Program-made: the position numbers and the translations under genes
Part shown: positions 10,884 to 24,112 of the stretch, in pieces
Numbering within the stretch: position 1 is the stretch's first letter
How the letters are laid out: the number at the start of each line of letters is the position of its first letter
Origin: Yuukianura sp. NJ FZ-2021
Lineage: Eukaryota
DNA length: 64,000 nucleotides
Direction: 5' to 3'
NCBI GenBank assembly: GCA_046563655.1
Contig: CM102287.1
Span: forward strand, 6,634,001-6,698,000
The notes under the pieces: generated by a model
Database searches by the model: none
Told to the model about the DNA's origin: nothing
The model's input: only the letters and a program-made list of their open reading frames with translations

Positions 10884-13607
10884 TCATGCAACGGCAACCT
10901 TTGGTTCGAATTTCTCATTCCTTCCATGTCCTTTCTCTTGTAGATATTTGACCCTTGTTTCCAGTCTAAATTCTTCCAGTCGACTATTGGCTACCATCAG
11001 CTTCAGATTCAGTACTTGTTCCTAAATATATCAAATTATAATCAAATAACGAACATTTAGAAGACGCTTTAAACATTTTTAGCACTTGACATATTACGTT
11101 TAGCGTATCGTTTTCCAATTTGACAGCCTGCCATACATTCACGAGCTCGTCATCATCTAGCTGTTCCAAATCCGAACACGTATTTCTCCTGTTCACAAAA
11201 TTATTTCGTAAAATGCAGAGATATTAGATAAAAGTAATGATGTTTTTGTTATTCAGTTTACTTTGATTCCAAACTGATTTGTTGAATTTGACGAATGAGT
11301 TCCTCAATTTGCTCTTCCTCCTTCACAATTTCATCTTGCAACTGTTGGGTAAAGAGAATCAGAGCTTCATTCTCGGCAGCAATAAATTCGTCAGTTTTGA
11401 ATTCTGGTAGAGCAAACGGATCGAAAATTGACGGAGCAGTGACGAATTTTTTCCCGGGTTGGCCATGACTTTTGATGTCCTCGTCGGATCCTTTCTGACT
11501 AGTTGAGTCCGGACATACTTTTAATAAGACATAGTCGCCTTCATCTGGATCAACTTCGCTCCGTGGTGCTTCTGAATCAATTCTTTTTACACTTTCCTCA
11601 CCAGTTGATGAAGGTGGTTCTTCCGATTTTGACTTTGATGATTCTGGTGTCGCAGGAATATGCAGCAGTCGGCGACCTTTTTCAATATTTTCTCTTTTCC
11701 CGGTGGGATTGACTATGTTGTCAGCCTCATTGAAACTCGTGATCTCTTGTTCGTAAATGTCTTCGGGAGTTGGGTTCTCATTGCTGTTAACTTCTTTTGA
11801 ATGAACTTCAACTTTTACTTGAATAGTGTCCCGCCTGTCCAGTTCAACATCCGCCAATCGTATCGGTTGCCCAAGTTCACTTGCTGCAGTTACTTCCGGT
11901 GTCGATTCAATGATGTTCAGTATGATTTCTGAGTTCGGCATTTCCTGTTGTTCAGAAGTTACTGGTTGACTGATAGGTGCATGCACTTCCGCAGGGTTTA
12001 AAGTAGAGGTTGCAGCTGCAAGGTTCGAGGTTGCAATATTCGAAGCTTCTTTTGGGGTCAGCGTTATTGGCTGATTTGCTACCAGTGTTTTCTCTGGCAA
12101 GCATTCAGCACCAGTACTGTGAGAAATTGCTGCCTTTGGGGAAGGAGAGTTTTCGTTTGCAGCATCTGTAACGTTACATTTAACTTCAGTATGAGGTATC
12201 CCTACTCCTACAGGGTCGGATTCTGCTACTGTTGAGGTTGAAACAGAATTCGTTACAGCAGTAGCCGCGGCAGCCGTTGTTGAAGGAGGTGGCACAGAAA
12301 ATGATGCTGAAAGAGCGTTTATGGATCGGAGTTTCCTCTAGAAAAACAGCAAAAGCATAAAGTCGTGCTAAAATCAATCTAGGTTCATTCAGTAGTAACC
12401 TTCAACTGCGTCAGAGTCATCTGAAGTTCCCAGAGCTGGTCTTCCGCCTTCTTGCTGACTTTCTTTCCTGACTTGACTTGTGCATGTGCTTGTTCAAGCA
12501 TTGCCTCATATTTCTTTATTTCCTTCGAAATTAGTTCTGGGTCATCTGGTAAGTGAGAATTCGGACCATGTTGGGCCATATCCTGCCTGGATTGTAAAAA
12601 GATATCAATAAAAAACGGAATATTACAACAATTTTTTTTCCAAGCTCAGTCAAATTTGGGTAACATACCCTGAAGTGGAAGGTTCTTCGAAAGAAGTTTT
12701 GCCAATCTTTTTCAGTTTCAACTTTCCTTTTGAACTACTAGTGGCGCCATCTTCTTTCTTGGAATCCTTTTCTTTATGATCCTTTTTCTTCGACAGTAAA
12801 GGCACTGGTGCGTTGAGGAACACATTCAAGCCTTTCTTTTCGGATGCTGCTGTAGCAGTGACTGCAAGCCCATGGGCCTGAGGCTCATCCAGTACAACAC
12901 TGCTGCTGCTTGCATTTGAAACGCTGTGCTTTAATTTTTTCGAAGACTTCGATAAAACTCCAGCCGCTGCGTGCTTATACCCTTGCCCGTCAAATGGTCG
13001 CCGCTGTACAGGTACTTGTTCAGGAACAGCAACAGCTCCAGTACTATGGGTTTGAGGATCGTCTCGATTTCGCATAACTCTAGTATCTAACTCGTTACAT
13101 AATGACTTTGCCCGTTCCTTGTCGGCTGTTTTCGTTACCACTGCTGTTGCTGGTAACACTTCCTTTTCCTTCTTCTCTTTGTCCTTCTTCTTACTTGTTA
13201 ACTTGAAAGCCTTGATTTTGATACTTTTCCCAGGACTTCTGCGGTTTATAAAGAAGGAAAATGTAATCCATTCATTATCTTTATAATACTAGCATTGGCA
13301 TTAATTAAATTATAGGATAATGTGGATGTGATCCACGTTGAACTTCCGGTTAGAGCAATACTTTGTTTCAGCTTCGTCCTCATCAGGAGAGTCGTTCAGT
13401 GCTGCATATCCTTTATCCTTCTCTTTTTTGGAATCTTTCTTATCCTTCTTCTTCTTAGATTTATCCCAGTCGTCATCTGGTATAACCATGAGTATAAACA
13501 GTGATTTCTACAATGATTCTCAATTCGAGCTTACATTCATTTACGTCGGTGAGTGCCCTGGCAAGGCCAGGGAATTCTTTTGCGACATCAGGGCTATCAA
13601 AATCCAT
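10884..13607 (-). CDS. RALBP1: RalA-binding protein 1 (RLIP76/Rlip)-like, apparently lacking the RhoGAP domain
   Basis: N-terminus MDFDSPDVAKEFPGL, then a Lys-rich region with GYAALNDSPDED. Ral-binding domain LPDDPELISKEIKKYEAMLEQAHAQVKSG...AEDQLWELQMTLTQLKRKL. C-terminal coiled coils ENEALILFTQQLQDEIVKEEEQIEEL and LENDTLNEQV. Confidence 0.82.
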
Positions 13608-14054
13608 ACTCGGTTGTTGTGTGTAAGGATTCGGGAAGAGTCTGGAAATTAAATCAACAAACAATCAAATAATCAAAACATAGTTTAGGTATACATACAT
13701 TAGAAATTAGAAAATGTGATCTGATTTAAGAGAGTGAGCCGAGCCAACGAACAAACCATCCTAAGCACAACAACTTACGAGAGATTGGAAGGATTCAACG
13801 TCAACTTTTGTTGAAGCAGTGCAAACAAGACAAAACACAAGTGGGTCGAAGGTCAAACAACGGCTGGCTTCGAGTGTCAAGAACTTCAAACATCAAAATC
13901 AAGAATAAATTCTATACAGAAGATGAAGAACTTCTAAAAGAGGATTAAAAGTTTTGCTAAACTCGTCTGCAAAATTCTGAATTATCACAAGCAGCTGTTT
14001 TCTCGGTTGGCGTACGGTTCAACTAACGCCATTGAGTCAACCCGCGTAAACAAA

Positions 14055-14210
14055 CAGTGTCTGGCTACAATGAGTGGCTACACTGTGAATAACGTTGTTG
14101 CCACTTCAGGTCTCATAATAGATTAGTTTGAAGTAGCTGCATTAATTTCCACTCCGATATAGCCGCCTATTGTAGCTACACAAGATGGCCGGAGTGGCGA
14201 CACTACAAAA
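14055..14210. repeat. GTAGYC/GGCTAC motif cluster (copy 1 of a possible dispersed element)
   Basis: ctggctacaatgagtggctacac, ttgtagctacac, gtggcgacactaca. Confidence 0.4.
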
Positions 14211-14475
14211 AAACAATGACTATCGTTAATCCTTACAGGCAGATTCCTTCGGTAACAAGCATAACTAATCCTCGGAAACTTCGTACAAGTCTGAAACTAG
14301 AAACGCGTTAACGATTCGAATTATGATGATTTGGCAATTATGAAAGGGTTTAAAATAACAAGCTTTATTTAGATATTTATGATAATCTGATGAGCTTGGC
14401 GTATGTCATATTTAAGGTGGTACGGTACATGTTAAATTTAAGTATTTAATTCTAATTCAGTGGGGATTAGAATAA

Positions 14476-17400
14476 TTATTCCGATTCTTCTTCAGATTCC
14501 TCTGATTCCAGAAGTTCCTTAACTTTGTCTTGTTCCCTGGATTGTAAAAAGATCATTTCTCAAAAAAGCGTCAAAATGAGAAATTCCTTACAGCCAATAC
14601 GAGCATCGCGTTCGAGACGCTCATCTAAAAAAAATAACTTACGCGGTTGGTTCCTTTACATCGTTGATAATCATGTCTTCACTTTGGTCTTGCTCATCCT
14701 CGTCGGGTCTTTTATACCTTGACTTGGGCACATCGTCGTCATTAGCACTCCACCAGTTGTCATCATGCCCGGCGTCTAAGATGTAGAAACGGGGTACATA
14801 ACAAATTATTCGTTTCGTTTTAGTTGAGTGACAGCGTTAAAAGTGTATGTACAGGTAGCATGAATACTTTTTAAATGCCTTTCTCCTCAAGCATTTGTTG
14901 TCAAATTGAGGCGTAAAAACTGAAGCGAAATGCGAAACCGTGAGAATTTGAACAAGAAGCGAAAACAACCGTTCTCCCCTCATATCTTACATGGGGAACA
15001 TAAGGGAACGCTTCCCTCCAATTTTCTTCTGCTTCAAACGTTTCAAAAATGCTTGAAGCATAAAAGAATAATTCAAAAAATAAGAAATATTTACAAAAAA
15101 AAAAGACTTGTTCCACTCCGCATCCCCAAAAGCTGAAGCCAAGGATAGCGTCTGCTTCCGGAGCTTGGCAATCTGCCAATCGACGATCTTCCTCCTCGGT
15201 TGCATTACCTCATCTTGACTCGCAAGTTTAAATGACGTCGTCAATATGACGACACAGTATTTTGGCGAATGTTGGACCAATTGCGGACGTCTTGTCTCAC
15301 AGCCTTCTTGTCATCTAATCCGAAATTGTCAGCGTAGGAAAGCTTTTTACAAATTAATGCATCATATGAACACCAATAGTAAGCAAGCTGGCGTTCAGGA
15401 AAGCGATGTATTTGACTAAAAGTTAGTTTTATAATGTTATTATTTATAGATAGTTTTCACCAATAGCTTTAATATACAAGCCATTTTTGTTGCTGCAACT
15501 GTGAACACAATCGCCTGTTTTAGCGCTGCTTAACATAAGTGAATTAGCTTAACTGCTTAACCTCCCGCCAAATTTTAAACAAGCAATAAGCAGATAATTA
15601 TCGAAAGCGACAATCTCCATATCGTTGTTGAGCGTTTGACTTGAGCGAGTAGTTATAGCCGCTTTGAATTTTAGTGATTATTAAACGATATTACTGCAGC
15701 GTGTTTGATTTATAGCAAAGATGGTAGCAGTTAGGAAATGTCAATTAATTCAAGGTCGAGTTTTGTTCTTAACCTTTGACCTCCTCAGCTTCCTCAGCTC
15801 CGCCATTTAAAATATTATTCGTGTCTGGAGGTATTGTTTCCGCTTGCGGTTCGTCGTGCGCTTCTTCTGCGACGAAGTTGTTATTGGCAGCATTTTCAGC
15901 GTCAGCCTCTACGACTTGTTCGGGTTCTTCGTCACTCAACATTTTCGACGGTGGTGGCGGAGAACTGATAGCTTCAACGTCTGCGGGTTCGTCCCCGGAA
16001 GTGACATCGGCCTGACCATTTACCAAAATTTCATCTTCGATGCAACGTTGATCTGCTTCTGCTGTTGGTGACACGACCTCTTCTACGCGATTTTGATCTG
16101 TTCCTGCTGTTGGTGAAGCAACGTCTTCTTGCCGCGATTCCACTCTCGGCGGTGGTGACGCAGCAACCTCCGGTTCAATTTCAGCCACGGCTTCCTCGAA
16201 TATTTCCGGTTCAGGTTCCGGCTCCACGGGTTCAGGTGATGTTATAGCTTCGATTTCTGGCTCCGACTCTTGCACTTTTGGCGCTTCTTCAATCTGTTCT
16301 TCAACTTCCGGCTCAACAATGTTACTAGACTCGACAGGTTGTTCAAAAGTTTCTTCAACCACTGGTTCCGAAGCTGTTGGTTTCGATTCCAAGGCATCTT
16401 GAAAAACTTCTTCAACTTCAGGCTCAGGCGACGGTTCCTTGACTTTTTCCTCTGCAACAGAGGGATGCGGCGATATCCTTATTGTCTCCTTGACTTCCGG
16501 AAGAATAGGAGATTCTTCCTGTATGGACTTCCTGGAAATCTTAACCACAACTTCCCGCTCGGGTTCAGCCACGATCGACTTAACTTCTTCCGGAACTTCC
16601 ACGACAGATTTTCTTGGAGTCGGTAAGACATAACTTTGTTGCATTTCAGGTTTTCGGATGGCTTTTTCCGCCCTTGGCTTATAATCGACTTCGACATCAG
16701 CAGATCTCGCCACCCATTTAGATTCAACCTCCTAAAAAACACAAACACAAGGTGTGTCAATCTTGTCATAATTAATATTTCTCAAATGTTGTTTTTAGAA
16801 AATATGCTTCTTGGCTCTTACTTTCTTTGGCTTCTTCTCATCGCTGTCATCTTTTACCCCGAGGAGTGACTTCTTACTTTTATAAAGTGGTTGGTAAGTG
16901 ACAGCTATAAAATCAAAAATAGACGGAATTTTAGATAATCTTCTCAGAATTTTATATTCCAAAATTGTTCACTGTTGCATTAAAAAAAGTGATCAGAAAA
17001 GCTCACGTTTCTTGTAAAATGTTCCCAGCGTTGCAGCAACCCTCAGATTATTATAGAATGACCGAAAGTTAATAACATCTCGAATAGAAGTATCTTCTGG
17101 GACGTATCTCAGCTGTCGCTTGGAGATTGGCCGTCCACCAGCAAACGAAAGACATGCCAAATTCCCTTTTCCTGTAAAGATTTTGCACAGATTAACGAAG
17201 CTTTTTAGATTTCAGCTCCTGTTGTTCACGCATGATGGATTTTTATCTATACTTTTGTTATGCTAAAATTTTTACAACTAAAGAACTAGGACTGCTTAGT
17301 TTATTGCCATTGGCATCATTCGTTCTAGTTTCCCTAGTTGCTCCATGTTTTAGAAGAAAAAAAAACAGACCTGTGAGTGGTTTCCGGAGCGGTTCTTGGT

Positions 17401-18322
17401 ACATTGCCATTCTGTAGATTTCCGATTGGATTCTGCTCATTGAGCTTAGGTTGTTCCTGTCCCGAACAAACTTCCTTCGCACGTCAACGACGTCTCGCAA
17501 CTCACTTGGGCTCCTGAAAGACATACGAACGAGATTGATTGACATCTTTTGCAAACGATGTGTTGAAAATGATCTTGAATCAACTTTGTACCTTAGAGCA
17601 ACACCGTTGATGCCACCGTGACCGTAGTGGAGGTTTGGGACCGGCATACCATAGGCTAACCGCATCAGCACATTAGATGCGTCGCGACGGATCTCAGGAT
17701 CGTACAACTGAAAAAAAATTCTTTTTGTAAAAATTGCAAACGAAGTTGATTTTTTTTTGACATACCTGAAGATCCAAACATGAATCGGTTTCATGTTCAT
17801 AATCATGATAGCGATCTCGATCTCCATAGTTTGACAGATCTTCAATGTGAACCACTTTGGTCCGGTACGGTAGACGATACGCTTCCTCCTCAAGGGAATA
17901 AATGTCTTGACCCCGCACATACCGTGACGGTGGCGGAACGCTGACAAGGCGAGAATGAGCCACTCTTGGAATTAGGCGTCCATAACCACTACGACCCTAG
18001 GAATGTAGCGGCAAATTTCAATTAGAATTTCAAACCGTGACGCTGCTTTCATTGTAGTTTTGCCAAGTTCTTCAACATTATGCCCACTCATGCAATGAAT
18101 GAAAACTTCATGTAAAAATTGAATCTTCCAAAAATAATGTAGAACCGTATTAAAAATTGTTAAATTGCACAAAAAAGTTACTTTGACCAGAAAAATCATC
18201 ATGATAAAAATGAAAATGCTTACTCCATAATAGACTGTCGCATGAGGCGCACGACCTGCAGGACGCCGTCCAGGGTGACGCTGATGAGGCGCAGGCGTGT
18301 ACTCTACAACTCGATAAGGCAT
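14476..18322 (-). CDS. Large uncharacterised protein: Arg/Tyr/Pro-rich N-terminal half and long Glu/Pro-rich exon (about 16728-15774); tentatively like insect fau/CG45076-type muscle proteins
   Basis: In-frame GT-AG exon chain MPYRVVEY...|GRSGYGRL...|LYDPEIRR...|SPSELRD...|GKGNLACLSFAGGRPISKR...IRDVINFRSFY|PVTYQ...|EVESKW...EEVK. A phase-1 donor at 15773 links to exons 14775-14643 and 14536-14476; without that splice the protein stops at 15769. The family label is a weak recollection. Confidence 0.65.
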
Positions 18323-19441
18323 TGCGTTTCAGTAGTCGTTGAATGTAATCAGGTTTTTCAGCGTTTTTCTTTCCCACGGATACCGTCCTCGTCGTTCTTG
18401 TCGTCACTGCCACAGTCACAGTGAAGTTCCCTTCTCAGTGAGTCGCTCCCGACTAAAAATTGGTTTCACTGAACCTGTTTTTACAAAGTCTTATTATAGT
18501 TGGGAACTCTTTTCTGCACAAGTAAAATTCAAGAAAACAAGAAACGACTTACTCCAGCAAATGGCGATCCTCATCAAGACCTTTCAAGTTCTCAAGTTTT
18601 GCAAAAGAGGAAGGCGTCGATTCCGCGTAAGATCCTATTTTTAGCATCTTTGGCTACTGCTCAAAGGTTCTGCTCCTCCTCCGGGTTTCTTGTGCAGTAG
18701 ATTATCGCTGATTTGCAGAACGGGGCAACATAGAACGAGGAACTGCTAATAATGCTGCCATACTTTATTCACACCATTCAATCCCTACAAATTTCCAACA
18801 TCCCGCAGATTCCATTCCATTTTATCCATTACACTAACACTGACTCCGTTTCAATCTTCTAGGTCATACGACCGAGTAATTGTTTACATAAGACGAAGCT
18901 GTCAGTCAACCGCAGATTCCCTTAACAGGAGATCTCAATTTCCTCTGTTCAAACTCCGTCTGTGGGCGGTGATTACTTTTTCGGTTTGTCTTCTCATTGT
19001 ATCTGGTTTCACAATTCGTCTGAAAAACTATTAAAAAGATGAGCGTAACAAACAAAACAAAGGAGCTGTAAAATCGGAATGTCAAAGTTCCCAGCTTTCC
19101 TGTGGACTTATGGTGGAAAACCCAGTCAATAGGTAAAATCTTTGACTGAAGATGAGTGAATAATGATCTCTGAGGAATGAATTCTGTTGGCATTCATTCC
19201 CCATTTTTCAATCTCTAAAATAAATCAACCAAGATACCGCTTTCAGTGTCCAATAGAATAAACTGACTACAACCAATTAGGTCCCAAAATAGATTATGAT
19301 GAAAGTTCCGAAAATGGACTCTATAAAGGAACACTAAAAATCATTGACATTTGGACGCTGAAATATAAAAAGGGAGTGGAGATCTCAAATTTTATTGTTT
19401 CATCTAGAACTTACTTGTTCAATAAATCTTGATTAAAACGA

Positions 19442-21909
19442 CTAGGATGCTCCTGTTGTTGTAAGTTCTGATTTTTCACGTATCTTGTGCATTAAAAACG
19501 GTATTTTCTCAGAGTCCAGTAGCTCTTTCCATCTCGCACTGTCAATAGCAATTACGGAGTAGCCAAGATTTTCAATCAGTTTTAGTTCATGTGCGTAAAT
19601 CCCTCGCAGTCGATTCGTATTAGAAGCGTAAGATTCTGGCATCAATACTTTCACCATAACACTGCAAAGTTATACCAACAAATTTTACTCAGTAGTATTT
19701 CCTTGTAAAGTTACGATTTGTAGTAGGTAGACGAATTAGAATTAGATTATAAAATTACACCAACACCACTGCAGAAGTAATTAGATGATGTATTTCGCTT
19801 ACATTTCACTCTCAGGCGGTAATTTCAAATCTTCCAAAGCTATTGGTTCGGTTACATCCAGGGCCACAGGGTAGCCACCTTTCCTAAACGCCACTGCATG
19901 ATCTAAGATTCGATAAAAATCAATAAATGTTGCTTAATTGAATATCTTTAGACAAGGAGAAAGTTTAGTTTAGTACCAATATGAAAACCCTCGTGGAACA
20001 GTCCGGACAGAACGTAATTTGTGCCTCCAATGCCTGCTTTTAATGCCTCTTTGAGGGGGTATGTCTTCGGGATCTTGATAACCGAGCTTTTCCACTCGTT
20101 CACCATGAATGACGGAGGAAATGGACCCGCATAATCGGGATACAACAATTTGACAGATTTGAGAATGAGCAGAGGAATATAAGCAGAGTGGAATTTTATA
20201 TACTGCTCTAAAAGTGTGAAGGAAGGAGGTGAAAATATTTTCTCAATTAATTTTTCAGGGAAGCAATCAAGACTAAGAAAATATAAGGCCAAAGGAAACG
20301 AAGTCATTTCAACATCCTGTAACAAAAAAGTTGTACAGTATAATGAGGTGTTGCAATTTAGGTTGATTGTTACAGAGTAATTCAACATAATAGGCCGAAG
20401 TTGTAGTCAAATTTTTTAAAATTCGAACCTTAGTTAGTAACGGGTGATTCATCAATATTGGCTTCAACTTGTCCCAATTCTCCGGTTTGTAATTGGCAGA
20501 TGAAAAGCCTTTCATGACGATAGCAAAAAGAAAATCGTTGTTAAGGATCAGAGTGGGATCATTCAGGATAACCTCAGCCACACGATCCAAGTATGAAATG
20601 TCTACGTGTCTCTGAAAACAAAAGAAATTGAAAAAAATATAGTGAACAAACAGAAGGCTTGAAGGCTAACAACTCTTATCATTTTACCATTTGAGTAACT
20701 GCACGCAGAGCGAAAAGGACACGTAACGGGTCCCTGTTGGGTTCAACTAGATACTGGCAATACTTTCCAACCAAGTCTTCGTTATAAAAATATGGTGCGC
20801 TTTTCCCATACTTCTTTGAGAGTTTTGCGAATGTTGTAGTAATTTCATCTTCGTTTAAATATTCGAAGGTATTACTCATACCCTGTAGGGCTGGTATAAC
20901 AACAAGTTCCTGGTTCAAGATCTTCCTTTTAGAATCAGCGATGGACCAGATGACACTCAAATTCTGTCGCGGCGATAGGTCATTTAGATGTTCAATCAAA
21001 GGCTCGCTGATTTTTTGTAGCACGACTTCGGATAAGTTATGTTTGACAGCGTAATACAAAGCATCAGTAAGTTGAGTCGGGTCTGTGGCGTCAAGTTTAC
21101 TTACAATCTGGCTTTCGAAAATCACCGGAAGTGCCATTTGTAAAGCCGCAACAACCGTAGATGACCCGATTTTTTCCAAAAGAAAGCTTACGTAAATCAA
21201 CTCCGACAGTGTCATGGAGTTGGCCTGTGTGGAAATTAGTCTCAGTAGCATTTGCAGAGTAGGATTTGATGCAGGCGTGTTTAGAAACACGAAAAACTTG
21301 ACAGCCGTTATCAGTTCCCCCACGTTGAGGAATCGACAATAATGGCGCAGAGTCTTCATTAGCTTCTGCATTCCAACACTATTTAGTAGCTGCTTTTTGG
21401 CTACATCGGATCTGAGAAAATCGAAGTAAATATTTGGTTCCATTTGATGCAACTCTTTCTGAATTCTGCTAAAGCTTACGTTTCATATCGAACTGCTTTG
21501 AACAACCCGCCAAATAACGCATTAAAGTCCCTGTCATCGACCCTGGCGAAATTTGAAGACTCTAGTAAGTCGCTTAACTTTTCTGCAGTGTTGATATTGG
21601 CAATATCTCTGAGCAAGTTCTCAACTTCAGTCCTCGGACCTGGTTTAGCCGGAACAGATACAGTACTCGAAAGCTTCTCCTTTTCAATCAATAGCTGGGA
21701 CGAAACTGGCACTATAGAAAATAACGTACGTCATTGACTAATGCGAAAATTGGGTTGAAGATGCATGTAATCTCACCACCGCCACTTCCTTTGCTCGTGA
21801 AATACTTGGTAGCATTGCACTGGACCGTACTGCGGTAGTTTAGATCAACTGGGGTAATCCGTATTGAAGTCCCTAATATTGAAGTTCGTTTTCGCCAGAA
21901 TGTCAACAT
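19442..21909 (-). CDS. FASTKD1: FAST kinase domain-containing mitochondrial RNA-binding protein (FASTKD1-like) with C-terminal RAP domain
   Basis: Basic presequence-like N-terminus (MLTFWRKRTS), helical Leu-rich body, DHAVAFRKGGYPVA, and RAP motif YASNTNRLRGIYAHELKLIENLGYSVIAIDSARWKELLDSEKIPFL. Confidence 0.8.
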
Positions 21910-22964
21910 CTTATTCTTAACCTAAAAAGTGTATAAAAGAAATTCCGCAATTTAATCATTCATTTTTTTTTACAAAGCAAATGCTTCGCTTAATTAAGCG
22001 TGAATTATCCGGCCGGATAACTGCAATTCACTCGATTCAAAATATGGCATAGGATAAGCTGAAAAGAAAAGGAAAAGAAGGGTAAAAGCAAGGAAAAGTA
22101 AACAAACGAACAAACCTAACCAATGATAAATGTGCGGCGAATCAGGACGACGAGCTTGGTGAACTTTGGAACTCCAACTTTACGAACAATGACTTTTTTA
22201 AGTCAACAAAGTATTGAACAATTGCTGGTTATATAAACTAGTGCAAACACAAAGCAAAGATTGTGAAAATCGTTGTGTTGAATTGTAGATTGTGGAAAAT
22301 GAAAAGGAATTGATGATTCTTGAGAGGGTCTGGCTAAACATCGGGTATGGGGTTCCTCGCATCTCTGTTGAGCGACGCATTCTGTCCTGACGAATTCGGT
22401 GGACTCTCTACGTCGCATGCCCCCGGACTTAAAAATTTCGTTTGACAGAAGTCGTCGACTCAACAATTTGTATAACCTGGTCGAGGTTATATAACCTGCT
22501 TTATATAAATCAGATTCGGTAAGGTTTCTTCCATACCTAAAACTTCAACCTAATCTCTTCAAGCAGAGTGCAAGAAACCCGACCTACCAGATAGTTCGTA
22601 TAAGTTGAATAAGAACATAGCGGAATCCGACGAGTCCGAAATCAAAGATTTAGTCAGATCCTTCTGAAATGCCTTTTAGAACTTTATGTGGTTGCAGTAA
22701 GGTAGAACTGCACATCTGAAACCACGCAATGTAATGACAGCCACGGCGCAAACATTATGCCTGTACCCATTTGGTACATACAGCGATAGTAGTAAGGGAT
22801 AACACATGTAACCTACATAATGCATCAACGGATTAATTATTTGTTAAAAATTCGTAAATATAATTATCTCCTCTTCTAGGATGTTGACGATTACGATGTT
22901 GTTAAATATAATTCCGTGTCATCTCAATCCCCCACATTTTATATGAAATAAGGATTAAGTCGTC

Positions 22965-23165
22965 CTTGTAGTCACCACAGCGTCGCCAATGGGACCATCA
23001 TTTCCGGCTATATGGGATGGCTATGCGACTGAATGGACGGCAACGCACGTAACCACTTTAACTAACCTATCCGAATTTTTTTTGGCCACAACATTGGTTG
23101 TCGTTGTCGTACATTGTAGTCACAATTTGTGACTCACAAATGGTAGCGACGAGTAGCAACATTGT
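22965..23165. repeat. GTAGYC/GGCTAC motif cluster (copy 2)
   Basis: ttgtagtcacca, cattgtagtcacaatttgtgact, ggtagcgacgagtagcaac. Confidence 0.4.
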
Positions 23166-24112
23166 GTGAATACAAATAAGCGGCAATACTTACTCCAATT
23201 CTCTTTTCCATTTTAATTTTTGGCAGCTACTACCCTACGCGCAGACTTTAGTATCCCGTGATACTGAACTCGGTTCGCGGTGCCGTAAAAAGATGCCAAC
23301 TCTGCCATCAGGATACTAATGTCGATGAACTGGGCAGCAACTGCGCACGTAAGTAAGCAGTTTTTTCTGTTTGTTTGTTTTCCCACACCAATCATCTGTT
23401 TGACTTGAGAGGGCACAAAGAATGATTGCGTGGATGAGGATTTAACGCGTAGAAAGATACATCCTTTTAGTGGAGTTAAGTAAGATTGAGATTTTCTTAT
23501 AAAAAGAAAACCTGTATAAAAGCTCTCTAAATTTAGTACAAATCAGCAAATGATATCACTTTTTATAACGACTGTTTTTTGTTACGGACAATCAATCCCA
23601 GTCGTACTATAGCAAAATCGACTATTTATTGCTCACTTTGTGGACTTTTGCAACGAAAGCGTCACCATATTTTAGTTGCGACGCTGAAGATCTCCGTTTA
23701 GTTTAAAAACTGTAAGTGTTTCCATAATGTCGATCTAAAATTTAAATTGTAAATCAATAAATTATACTAAACTAATATTCTTACAACCCGGTTAACCTGA
23801 TTGCTATTTACCTTTTTTCGTTAAAGATTAATTTTAAACCACAACTGGCGGATTTCCGAATCTAAATTTCAACGTAACCTGGCTGCTAATTTAGTTTAAC
23901 AATTATTTGTTCAATCGTTTAGGTATTTGCGATACGGAAGACATAACCGAGAACGACCGTTTCGAGAGAGCGGGCGACCGGCGACGTTTACCGAGTTTTA
24001 AAAAAAGAAAGGTCATTTTCGAACCAATTCATCGTAAGTATTCCGGAAGTATTTCCGAGACATATCTGGCGAAAATTTAATTTTGCTTTGGTTTTTCTAG
24101 TGGTAGCAAGCA

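Noticed and set aside
15776..16869. Several overlapping plus-strand ORFs
   Set aside because: They are antisense shadows of the Glu/Pro-rich minus-strand exon.
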